Position numbers and translations under genes: made by a program. The notes under the pieces were generated by a model. That model was not told where the DNA came from. It did no database searches and saw nothing but the letters and a program-made list of their open reading frames with translations. DNA of 63,275 bases, filler included, from Octopus bimaculoides (taxonomy: Eukaryota), in assembly GCF_001194135.2 (NCBI RefSeq). It is 4 parts of 3 records of this genome, joined end to end, with 100 filler letters (N's around TTAATTAATTAA, not from the genome) between each part and the next. Parts side by side here need not be neighbours in the genome. Positions count along the whole stretch, not along the records: positions 37,399 to 63,275 come from NC_068983.1; 3 more parts are not named here. The stretch is one strand, 5' to 3'. Positions 37,554-50,530 of this stretch are shown here, piece by piece. Within the stretch, counting starts at the first letter, position 1; every line of letters starts with the position of its first letter.

Positions 37554-40500
37554 CGGACTATATTATCGCACTGTCGCTGCCATGTTTATATTATGCGTTT
37601 GGATTCAGTCTAAATCGCTAGTAATTTACAGTGAAGTCTACATATATTTTTAACACACTAACGAAATGAATGAGCCCATACACGAAAAATTGTGCCAATG
37701 GAATCTAAGATTTGACCCTATTTATATTGCTATTGCTTCTATAGTATCCTGTCCTGGCCAACTCTTTAGATGTCCGAAATATCTACTTCATCTAAAAACA
37801 GTTTGTGCAAGTCTAATATGATCAAGTTTGTTATCTCGTTATTGAAAGGCGGGTTTGGCTGCTGCTTCTATTCTAGCGCCAACAAATACGTAGCTTTTAA
37901 TTTTGCTCTCTTGATGCTACATAATATTATATTTAATGCCCTCCCCCTCCCTTGGGGTGCAAGATGAATTAGTTACATTCGTTTCTATGCAGAGGAAAAT
38001 CGTTTAAATCGAAGAGATGTCTTCAATAACATCAATGAGAGCACAAATGAAAATATAACTATTTTATGTAATGNNNNNNNNNNATATATATATACATATA
38101 TATATATATGTATGTATTTATTATTTAAAAAACACACTATATGTTTTTATGAGCTACTAATAATTCCATGTTATTATCACCTACCTATACGTATAACGTA
38201 CCTTAAATATTTGAAACGAAAATAAAATGGCAAGGCTCGAAACTGCAAAATAAGCAAGTGGTATTTCTAAATGCAATACGATAAATCAAAAATAAAGCAA
38301 ATTTTTATAAAGTAGAAACGTACAAACCAAATACCTCATAAACTGAGTGCCAGCTCTGTTTAATGGAATAGTTGTAGAAAGATTTGCTTTACGCCTATAC
38401 ATTAATCGATTTATTAAATAGCAGTATGGCTACACCATACGTTATATGCTTACCCTGAACGATCAAACTTGTGAAAAGCATTGTACACGCTTCAACATTT
38501 GCGAAATTGTAAGATGTGATTTGAAATGTAATGATGGCTATATATTTTCTTGGTGGTTGGGATACTAAATAGAGAATCTCTCGTTCCCTCGTTTTTATTC
38601 CCTTTGCCGGCTGTTACAGGATGAAATTCTAAATTAGAGCATTAGATTATTAGAGTATTAATTAATGAAAGAAAAACATAATACAGCAAAAACAACAAGC
38701 AATGCTATTTTTTTTCTTACGGAAAATATTGAGTGAGAAATAACATTCAATACATATTAGAATTTAACATGTTCCAGAGTGTACAGAGATTGTATGGTGT
38801 ATTGAAAATGCGCATGTATTTCATTAAAAATTCTAGTTAAACTTCAAGGACATAGCACTAGCAACAGAAAATTGGCCAACACATAAACTAATTAATGGAG
38901 CACTAACAAACCCACACTGCTTCAACGGACCGACATTAACATCACCAACAATATGAATGAAAGCCGTACCACATGGTCCGACGCTGAAAATGCATTATGC
39001 ACATTATATTTGATGCAAATCAATTATGGATCACTAGAAATTCTGCTTCACTCGAATCAGATAAACTTGAACCGGAGGTAATGTGTACATAAATGGTCTG
39101 AACCTATTCTTTAAGACTAATAAGTGGTAGAGTAAATTCATAAACGGTAAAAGAGGTTATGTATCTATAATTTACAGCTGTAATTTTCCATCTGCTCTAT
39201 TCTGCAAAAGAATATCAAAGACGAATTACTTCGTATTAGAAATGGAAAAAAAAAAAAAAGATTATTTCAAAATATCACTTAAATTAAAATGTCAATTAAA
39301 AATATGTATAGCAAACAAAAATAAATAGAAACTATCATATCAATACGCCCGGTAATATAAGCAGAATATCTTAAATTCTGAAATATGATCTCATGAGAAA
39401 TTCACCGTACAGAACGGATATTAAGAGAAGAACCTGTGAACTCTTCATGAAGAGATTAATATTCAATTATAATATATCCAATGAAGTTAAAAGCAGTGAA
39501 AATAAAAAAAGTAAGATCGACATTGCCGCATGCAAGAGAGGCCAATACGTAAAGAAATACAAAAGAAAAAAAAAACATACCGTAGCTTAACTATTGAATA
39601 CTGATTGATAAATGTTGAACAAGAATAACAGAACATTTGAAATAAAATAGAGCATAAGATTAAAAGTTAAGTTTGAATTTGTAAAATGTGGCAATTTCAA
39701 AACAGACAATACTATTTATAGAGTGTATTGTTTAAATTAAAGTTGATTGATGGAATTTGTTTAGACAACCTGGGCAATTTCTAAAGACCGAAAGTCATGA
39801 TAAATTATCCACTGCGTTATAAAAAGTAGGTCATCGAACACTTAATAAGGATGAGCTATACATATCAATATTCAAAAGGTAATCGAAATATTTTATAGAA
39901 CAATCAAACATTATTATCTGCAAAAGTTAGTCCCAGCTCAGAACTGCCGATGTAAGATTATGAATAGGAAAGTATCAAAAATAAGAAAACAAAACATAGT
40001 GATATCGAAAAATAAAAAAAAAATACATATCTATATACTTAATAGACGAATGAACAACAGAAAAAGTGAAGAAAGAGGTTCTTGAAATATACCACAAAAG
40101 AAGAGCATCTGAAACAAAGATTCTTATTAAATACCAAAGGGTCCGTGTTTGGAAATCTATATCGATTCTTTGAAAGAAACATATAGTTAGTCTCCAACAC
40201 GAATCGATTTTTGTCGTGAACTTGTTGAACAGAAACTAGAAATCGATGCAACACTGTCCATTTTGGAGGTGGAATAATTTGGAGTGCGGGTAATGACATA
40301 GAATTGATTGACCGGAACGACAATGCTTAAAACGCGCATCGTCTGCTCAAATTTGGGACAGTATTTTAACACAGATGGTTAACACAACGTTCCCAAAATG
40401 CAAAACTTAAGGGAAAACTAAACGCGATGCTTCATTCAAGCTATTCATTTATACTTGAAAAAGAAAGCACAAATGACTACAAAAATATATGGTAATCTGT

Positions 40501-43500
40501 TGAAAATCAAGATACAGCAAACGAGAGGATGGTAGAAAAATATATTATTCACTAAGGGTAGAGAAACAACAAAACTGAAAAAGCAGACATAAATGTAATA
40601 TTGTATAATTACTGTAAAATCTTCTCTAACTGTACAAGAAATGTTTGAAAACTTCCGAAATCTTATATGATCTAAAGATTTATTTTTTATCGACAAATAC
40701 ATTGTTAATAAAAGAAAGAGGGACTTATCTTTTCTAGGATCTCGCATTTTTGTTCTTAAAGCATTCACAAAGCGCAAGGTTACTATAATAAACAGACGTT
40801 AAATACGCCGCGAATAAATCGCAAATTGTTATTCACACAAGGAGACCAAAGGATTTTATGAAGACAAATTGGTCATCTTTCAGAAGGATTAACGCGTCGA
40901 AATTAATTTCTCTTCATAGATTCAACAGCTTTACTACTCACACGAAGCCAGAAAGAAATGGATGGCAGGAAGGCGTAGGCTGATATTGCTACTGCTTATT
41001 CATTATTTCTAGTGAATGTCATTCATATACGAAAGATGTGCGAAGGTAATTTTAAAGAGAGGCAAGTTTAGAAAATTCATATTAATATCATGTTAGATAA
41101 ATCAATACAGAAAAAATAATTACACTACAGCTAGACTTACTAATAGATAAGAATTAAGGAAGTAGATAGTGTGCAGCATTCACACACATATTGACAGAAA
41201 AAAGGTTTAAGGCAGATTATAGAGGTATTGAATCAATACATAAAACTATCCTAAAAGCCATTAATAAGATAATAGGTATCAATCTTCTAGCTTTCCAGTA
41301 ATGAGTTATAGTTATAAGTCATTCAGCTGAGGGTGTATACAGGGAATCAAACGAAATAATGTATTGAGAATATAACGACCAACTCCAACAGAGAAAATAC
41401 TAAAGATAACAAGAATACATACATGAATGTGGGGGGATCTTTGGAAATGGGAAAATTAATATTGATTATCTGAAGTAGAATAACAAAAAAACGTTAGAAG
41501 AAAATAATGAGAAGTTAATATAAATACCGTGAAACATTAACAAAGAGATGTTGTCTCTTTTTTCTTGAAAGAGACCAACAATTACGAAACAGAGCCTAGA
41601 TTAACAAACAACTTTAAGGAGAAAGAAAAACAAAAGTGTAGCTATTGAGAAACGGAGATAACTAACTCAAAGATTGTATTACACAATATCATACTCAGAC
41701 GTTGACATGAAGCAACAATATGCAGTGAATACTTAGAAAAACTGGACGAAGACAGAAAAGTGGTGAGCAATGCATAACATTTGTTGGTGTGAAATTAATT
41801 TAATTGTAACTCAAACCAAATTCATCGTGAAAGAATCTATCAGAAAACAGCGAACTGTTAATGTGTGTAGGTTCGAAAGAAATTATTCTTCCTGTCTTGC
41901 CTTTATTTTTGCCTAGTCACGTGTGAAAGAAAATACGTATTCAGACACAAAATAAAATTTGAAATGCATTCATAAGAATGTATACCGGAAGATAATCTAA
42001 AAGAAAAAAAAGTATCTGATTCCATTATGGGATAAAGCCATTGAATCTGCCTTAAATATTAAGTCAAAATACGAGTAAATCGTTGTCAAAACATTTCAGA
42101 AAAATAATGTCTTATTTATGTATAATTACCAAAATACATTATTTTTATGCAGGAAAGAGAGACAATATGTAGATATCGGATACGAAATATGGCGACTGAA
42201 CACATATCAATTCTCATATGAAAAGATACTCCGAGCAAGAAGGAATTTATTTATCCAAATAAATGGAATGCAAGACATAGGGGAAATAATTGAGTTATAC
42301 TCTTGGACACTTAGCAAATATTACTAGAAAGCAACTCAGCTTATTATTTTAACTCACATTTCAAATATACAATACTGTATTTTTTTCCCACTTGCAAAGC
42401 TATCACTGATCTATTTTATTTTTGTTGCGTCCATCATCAATACGTTGTGTTCCATGATTACGGGCAGTTTAGATGCATTTTAGCTATTATCTCTAATTAC
42501 AAAATTGAGAAACACGTATTGTAATAATGTTACAGCTGTCTTACTAATGAAATAATGTCTCGGATATCATCGTTCCTACTCACTTCCAATCTTTCAAAGA
42601 ATGCCATTGTCTTGTTTTCTAGTTGCTTTTTCAACAAACAGAAGGTTTGATTCGCCTGGTGACACTCAATTATAATGAAGAGCGAAATTAACATTTGTTA
42701 CTTATTTTCTGTCGCATTAAATAGGACATTCATTTGAAGATAACCCTATTATCATACTTATTGTACTAGGAATTATTCTTTAGAGTGGTTTAACGTAACA
42801 TTCATCGGAGACGTATTGTGTAAGAAGCTTTTAAGTATGGTAATGAATAGAATTTGAAAGAAGTATAACGTTACCAAGAGCAGCATCGGCTTTATTAAAC
42901 GACAGCAACGAGAAATATAAACGTGTCGCGAACTCAGGTCACTAATCATATTTCTTTTGTTCGCGCACATTATTTACGTAGATAAAAGAAAAATGTAAAG
43001 TTGTTTGAAATACAAGACTGCGGATACTTTAATTAAAACTAATTGATATGACTATTGCGTTTAAAACCTTTGAAAATTATAAAATATTTCTAATATTTTG
43101 AAATTTATTGATTGTTATTAACCGAGAAGCAGAAGAAAACTATACAGCAGGACATTTTTTTAAAGAAAAAAAAACATACGATGCAAATTGTAAAAAGCAA
43201 AGACGTAGAAAGAAATTAAATGAAAACGGATAAAAGAAAAAAAAGTTAAATATAAATGAGAGCAGATAAAGAAGCAAAATAATAATTTGAAGTTCTTTAC
43301 TCCTTTATAATTTTATCTTTTAAGATTCTACTTGACTTACGTTCTTACAGTGACTTTTCTAACGTCCTCTTCTTATTTGTTTTCTCATCTTTAGTTTTCA
43401 ATTTCAATTCACAATTACACTTAGACCAAACAAAAGGAATTAGCCTCTGGATAGTTTCTTCTAATAATCATTTCTAAAACAAAAACAAAAAGAGAAAACT

Positions 43501-44199
43501 GATATATAAAAAAAAAATGAAATATTTTAAAATATTCCCGTGATAACAATGTTAACAAAATGATAATAAGAATAGTGATATAAATATTAAACAACAAAAC
43601 AAACAGCGACAAATAAGTAAAAATATCATTGTAAATACAAAGCTAGCATTGAAAGGATAGTATTGATTAATATATACTTCACTACACATTCTCACACAGC
43701 GACACAAACACACTCCTCTATATATACTTATTTACAACCTTATACACACATACAAACTCACACACACACGTATACACATATACAGGCTAATATATTTATA
43801 TACATAGAAATATATTGGCAATGCAAAGCGAATAGTTACTTCAGATTTTGTTAAGTGTGGCTCTTACTGTGAATGCTATTGCAGCGTATAATACATTAAC
43901 CACTCGTTCACTACATATATATATATATACGTATCTTAAGGCTTCCCATGCGGTTGGTAATCACCTTTCATTGTGAAAACTTTACAAGTATCAATAGGTG
44001 CATATAGATACCTGCACACAAAGATACATACATACGTACTTAATATAATATGTAATATAATATGATATAATATATATACAGGTTTGTGAATTCATTTGAA
44101 TAAAATTTCAAAACTTCAATAGTCATCAGTTGTTGAATATTAATATAGAATCAAGATTACCTATTACCATTAGTGGAGCTGGAGTTGTATGCAACATAA

Positions 44200-44300
44200 T
44201 CTTACTACAATGGGCGTTATGTCCGTCTGTCTGTCTGTTCCGGCTTCACCGCTAAACGGCTGGACCAACAGTCACGGCGCTTTTCTCATGAAGGAGGTAA
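44200..44300 (+). mobile_element. Possible non-autonomous Helitron/Helentron 5' fragment
   Basis: A|TC start followed by GTCCGTCTGTCTGTCTG and ACGGCTGGACC, reminiscent of DINE/HINE-type elements. No 3' end was found. Confidence 0.3.
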
Positions 44301-44469
44301 TCAAGAATGTTTTTGCCGGAAAATAATGTGAAAAGGAATGAATATTTAGTGGATATTGTGTTTTGTATTAATAAATATCATTTGATTTTTTTCTTTTTTT
44401 GTCAAAATTCCGTCAAAGAGGATTAAAAATTCCGTCGAAGAGGAGTTCAAGGGACGAATTAAGTCAAAT

Positions 44470-44620
44470 AAAGCTGGCACATATTTTATCGACCTCGAAA
44501 TGATGAAAACCAAAGACGACCGCGGCAGAATTTGAACTCAGAAGGAAAAGACTGACGAAATGCCGATAAGCATGTTGCCCGACGTGCTTACGATTCTGTC
44601 AGTTCAGCGGCTTGTTTAAA
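44470..44620 (-). mobile_element. Diverged SINE family A
   Basis: TTTTATCGACCTCGAAATGATGAAAACCAAAG..GAATTTGAACTCAGAA. Confidence 0.75.
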
Positions 44621-44652
44621 CACTTGATATTAATACTATATCTGAAGGTAAT

Positions 44653-44990
44653 GGAGGCGCAATGGCCCAGTAGTTAGGATAGCGGTCTCGCGGTCGTAAG
44701 ATAGCGGTTTCGATTCCCAGACCGGGCGTTGTGAGTGTTTATTGAGGGGAAAACACCTAAAGCTTCACCTAAAGGACACGGCAGGGGTGGTGGGGAACTT
44801 TGCTGTACAGCTTTCTCTCAATCTTTCTACCTGTATCTGATGTACCTGTATTTCAAAAGGCCAACCTTGTCACACACTGTGTCACGCTGAATCTCAGCCA
44901 CTTGCACGTTAATTTCATGAGCAAACTGTTCCATCGATCGGATCAACTGGGGCCCTCGTTGTCGTAACCGACGGAGTGCCACGACGACGA
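44653..44990 (+). mobile_element. SINE family B
   Basis: GGAGGCGCAATGGCCCAGTAGTTAGG..GTTTCGATTCCCAGACCGGGCG..GGAGTGCCACGACGACG. Confidence 0.9.
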
Positions 44991-44997
44991 TACCTGA

Positions 44998-45140
44998 AGG
45001 CAGCGAGCTACCATTATCCTTAGTATGCCAGTCAACATGCTTAGAAACATTGTGTCCGTCTCTAGGTTTTGACTTCAAATTCCACCGAAGTCGACTTTGT
45101 CTTTCATCCTTTTGGGGTCGATAAAATAAATACTAGCTTT
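44998..45140 (+). mobile_element. Diverged SINE family A
   Basis: CTTCAAATTCCACCGAAGTCGACTTTGTCTTTCATCCTTTTGGGGTCGATAAAATAAATACTAG. Confidence 0.75.
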
Positions 45141-45351
45141 TGATGAAATCAACGTATCCCTTCCCCATGATTCCTATATTCGTGTCAAAATTTGATACCA
45201 ATATTAACATTAAATCAATATTCCCTTTCATATTTCGTGAACATAAGTGTAGTTACTCTACATGTATATTAAATTTTGAGACCCTATTTTTCCAAAAGAT
45301 CCCATGCTTAACTAGATCCATTTTCATTTATCATAGTCAATGTATCTTATG

Positions 45352-45383
<32 letters not shown>

Positions 45384-47893
45384 TATAAATGTAGGGCAAT
45401 TCAAGTGATGAGATTGATTCCTCTCTTTGTTTGTATCATACTCTCATGTAGTCACCTTATTTCTAGAAACGATGGGCTGTGCTTACACCTGAATATGAAT
45501 GGTATGGCTCCACAATGGTTACATGCTCGAAATCCGACGTATAATGGTATCGCCATCTCATATCTACGTGTACGTAGCATCTAGCACATTGTTCATGTTA
45601 TATAACATAGGCCCCAGATATATTCCTGACGTCACAGTGAATTTTGGATAAGAATACTATTAATCAACAGAAAAATGAACATGAATGAAAGAAAGTATTA
45701 ATGTCGAAAAGAAATTCTTTAAAAGAAATAAAATATATTCAAGCATAGCATTGTATTTATTTTGTATATGTATGTAAACAATTATTAACTATTCAGAAAC
45801 AAATTAAATTCATTCATATTTTTTTTATGGAAGCGGTATTAATAGTTTCATGAATTATTCCAGTTGTTTCATCTCGGAACTAATCTGATAGTTTCCATGT
45901 GAATTCTCAATTAGCTAATATTTGCTTTAGTTATAAAATAAAGATAGAGAAATATTCTGGAAATAGTAAAAAATATAAAGCTAGTTGCATAGTGAACATG
46001 CGTCTTTCATATGTTTCATCGCTGTAATTTATATTCTTTCATATTATATTAAAGAAGTTTTATTATTAATTTTATGGCAACTAGCGACAAAATATCTATA
46101 AGTTAAAGATTCATAAACACTGTTCTGTGTTGCTAAGTCGAAGTACAATTCTGTCTAGTATGTGTTATATTTTTCAAAACTCAGATGCTGATCTTTAATA
46201 TATTTACAAAGGAGTTATTTGATATATTTATATTTCTTCGACCTCTCACTATCACATATCAATATAGTCATCAGAAATGCAGCTCTCAATTGATTAATTC
46301 ATTCTCCTCAATTATCATATAGAATTAAATGAATATGATATACTAGTATCAAGTATGTTCAAGATGCCTGAGTTTCCTCTATGTTAATACGATGGAAAGC
46401 GAATTTAATGTACGAGTACATCCAATTTTCATATCAACGTTGACAGGTTTCCAGGCTATGTGAGATATTTTAGAACACAGACGTTTCAGATGTGAACAAT
46501 ACAACAAATATTTTAAACAACCTTTATGAAAAAATTTTCAAGTAACAATATGTCAAAATCTGTATTTTTGAATACCGAAAGAACATATTGATTTTTACAG
46601 GTGGATAAGTTAAACTTAAGAAGTCTAATTAGATGTGTTTAATTGAAATTTTCCAGTTACAAAAAGCAATTAACGTATATCCGTATCACGGTTGTATCAC
46701 CTCTCAAACTGTAAAAATACGTGAGCACCTCCAAGATGGCTTTGTGAAACATCTGCATTGATGTTCCAGAAAACAATATCCAAGTATCACCTCGCGCGGT
46801 TTAACCTTTCTCTTATTATACATCTCTCTTGACTTACCCAAACATAGAAAACTTAACCAGAGAAAAGATAGAAGCAAGAAATAGAAGACGTCCAGATTTT
46901 AGAACGTCGTGTGTGGAAAGAAAATAGACGATGGTCACGTGTGAGCAACGAGAGAGACAAAGAGAAAGAGGGGTGAAAGAGAGACAGATAGAAAAACGGT
47001 GAAGGGGAGAAAAATGGAATTAGAGATAGATGGGGAAACTGTACAGGGTAGAGTCGTATGAAAAAGGTTAAGATAAACTTACTTAGAAATGGATGCGTGG
47101 CGTTCAATTTAACAATAACATAAATTATATATATATATGGGTACAGGACTTCATCAACGTTGTAAACAAAATGAAGTACGAAAACGAGCGAGTTAAATAC
47201 ACCTACAACGAAAGAAAAATAGAATGCAGACGTAAATTACAGCTGTTGGAATTGTAACTTACTGTAAGAGATATAATATATTGACTGCCTTGACTTGATT
47301 AGTGTTAAATGCTGTATTAATACGAGACGAGATTTCCTTTCAAGGTTTACTTTTATTCAAGAAATACAACGTTGCTATAATGTTTCAGTTAGACATTTAC
47401 TACACCTTAGCAATCTGAAGAATCTCATACCTTTTATCGTACAGGGAAGGTATCAGTGTTCCCCACTGTTGGGTTTAAGGGACAGAATTAACATATTTAT
47501 AACAATAAATTTATGGTTTCAAATAATATATGGTATCAAGTACTTTTTATTTCGCTGTATTATAACGCATATGTGTGTACATGTTTGTTTGTAATCTCAG
47601 TTGCGTCTCTCTCTCTCTCTCTCTCTTTCTCTCTAACTCTTTTTGCTTCTTTTACCACGATGGGTATAATATATATTTGTAGTAATAACTTAGATAACCG
47701 GAGTAACACATTACAGAAATTAATAATAAAACTTAAACATTTCAAACTAACACTTCATGTGGCAGAACAGATCCTCAATCTATTCAGGAAGACAATAAAT
47801 TATTAATTTTCACAATTCTATATATATATCTATTGATAAGTCACCCAGCAAACATTTATAGCAGTGATGTTTTTGCTGAAATTAATTTGACTG

Positions 47894-47990
<97 letters not shown>

Positions 47991-49439
47991 CATATGTATA
48001 TATCTATAGATCCCCCATATATATATGTATATATAAATATATATATCATATTATATCAGATTATATTATACTATATCATATATTATATTATGGTCTGCAA
48101 GCGATTTTTTTCTTCGTTATTGTTCAGTTGTGATAATGTTTCGTTTTTTATTTTTTTATTTTTGAATACGGGTGTTTCATTTTTAGTGTATGTAATTTTT
48201 TTTACAAGTCTTAATATCTCCAAAGGATAACATAATAAAAAATGTTAAATGTATTTATCATTTCTTCTGGAACATGAAATATATATAAAGCGATAATAAT
48301 ATATAAAAAAATAAGGAAACCTCTTAATTCATATTTCCACAAATATAATTAAAGTCTTGGCTCTTATAGATTTTCCTCCATTATCTCCTTCTCTCCACCT
48401 ACGTTTTTGTTGTTTCCTATTTACTTTATATTTTTCTGATTGTTTTTGATTCCCGTTATCATTATTTTTAGTGTTCCCTTGTTCTCTTATCTCTCTTTCT
48501 CATTTTCCATTGCGTGATTTTTTCGGACTTGTCCTGCACTTTTTGTTAGTGATTTTATTTAGTTTTCTCTCTCACCAACTTTTTTTCTGAATTTAAGTTA
48601 TATATTATTTGTAATTGTATATAATTTCTCTTTCCTTTCATGTTTTTGGTTCTGCTTGTAATCTATTATATTATTCATTGTTTCTCAGATTTCCTTTTTG
48701 TTTTCATTCACACCTACACCCTTTATATTTTGATCCGCCTTCTTTCCTCTTTATAATTTTTCTACGTCAACCATCGGTATTTCTCTCCTAGTTAAAGACA
48801 CTTCTTGTTTCTGAACCTTTAGTTCTAATATTTCGCACAATTACAAAGGATTACAAAAAGAAAAAAAAAATATTGTTATACTTCATCCGTCCGCAAATAT
48901 TATCTTTATAATTCTTTTTCTCATCGTTTCTGTTCTCTTTTCAATTTATAATTCAAAATTATCATTAACAAAACATAAATTGAAAAGAATTTTAAAATTT
49001 CAATTCTTACCATATTCATAAATACAGTCATGAACGTATGACTACTATACAAAATGCACACGTTTTAAAATAGCCAGAAGCTGTATTAAATAATACAATG
49101 TACAGTGTTAGCCAGTTACCTTGATTAATAAATGATAACATTTATTTTCAACTACTTCTTACAATTATTCCCATCAGAAAAAAACATAATTAGTAACATA
49201 ATAATCAGACGGATGATTATACAAACATATTAATAAAACAATGTTGCACTTAGGGCATACTACATGTAGCACAGAAGAGAATCCATACTAAGAACAAATA
49301 AATAGAGAGCACTCTACGTCACTGCACTGAGGATATTAGGAAGATTATTCCCTAATATATTTAACAAGATAACAAATAAGTACCAAACGTCATGTAAGAT
49401 GGCGAATATGCAGTCAGATGCTTATTTAGGTAAAATATA

Positions 49440-49870
49440 TTTCGTTATACATAAAATTGAAAGATAATATTTGGATCTTTTCTTTTTGGCCGGCACATAG
49501 AAAAATAATTTTTTGTAACTAAACACTTTCAAATTTCGTATACTGGTAGAATGTGTCATTTAAAACATTATTTACTGTTGGCGTTTTGAAGAAAATTCCT
49601 TATTTTCAAAGTTATTTCGTGTATTTGTTTTCACCTCAATAGACGTCATTGATTGGTTGAAATTACCGAAATACAACAACTTCAACATGAAATAACTTCG
49701 AAAATAAAGAGTTTTCTTAAAAGCGCCACGAGTAAATGATGTTTTGAATGACACATTCTACCAGTATACGAAATTTGAAAGTGTTTAGTTACAAAAAAGT
49801 ATTTTTTTCTATGTGCTGGCCAAAAGGAAAATATCCTAATATTTCGCAATTCGTAATGGAATCATTAACG
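49440..49870. repeat. Long spacerless imperfect palindrome (foldback/MITE-like)
   Basis: 49488-49625 is the reverse complement of ~49685-49821; the segment TTTTTTGTAACTAAACACTTTCAAATTTCGTATACTGGTAGAATGTGTCATT matches exactly. The centre is GAC|GTC at 49642-49647. Confidence 0.92.
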
Positions 49871-49993
49871 AAAATAAGATGCACGAGAAAAAGGTTTCAT
49901 ATACAGTACGAAAATACAACAGAAATATTGAATGATATTTGTTTCAAACGCAACAATTTGTAAGTCGATTATATCCACCCAAATTTTAAGTCA

Positions 49994-50369
49994 ATTGTTG
50001 GCACTCTGTCGCTTACGACGTCGAGGGTTCCAGTCGATCCGATCAACGGAACAACCTGCTCGTGAAATTAACGTGCAAGTGGCTGAGCACTCCACAGACA
50101 CGTGTACCCTTAACGTAGTTCTTGGGGATATTCATCGTGACACAGACTGACAAGGCTGGCCCTTTGAATTACAGGCAAAAGAGAAATAGGAAGTGAGAGA
50201 AAGTTGTGGTGAATGAGTACAGCAGGGTTCGCCACCATCCCCTGCCGGAGCCTCGTGGAGCTTTAGGTGTTTTCGCTCAATAAACATTGACAACGCCCAA
50301 TCTGGGAATCGAAACCGCAATCCTCCGACCGCGAGTCTGCTGCCCTAACCACTGGGCCATTGCGCCTCC
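49994..50369 (-). mobile_element. Full-length SINE family B
   Basis: Colinear with 8866-9250. Confidence 0.92.
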
Positions 50370-50399
50370 TTAAGTCTATTATATCAGACAAAATTCTCA

Positions 50400-50530
50400 A
50401 CTGCTGCTTATTTTATTGACCCCGAAATGATGAGAGGCAAAGATAACCTAGCAGGAATTTGAACGCAGAGCGTAAAGACGGAGTAGATGCTGCTAAGCAT
50501 TGTGCACGGCGTTGAAACGATTCCTACAGC
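50400..50530 (-). mobile_element. Diverged SINE family A
   Basis: TTTTATTGACCCCGAAATGATGAGAGGCAAAG..GAATTTGAACGCAGAGCGTAAAGAC. Confidence 0.7.
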
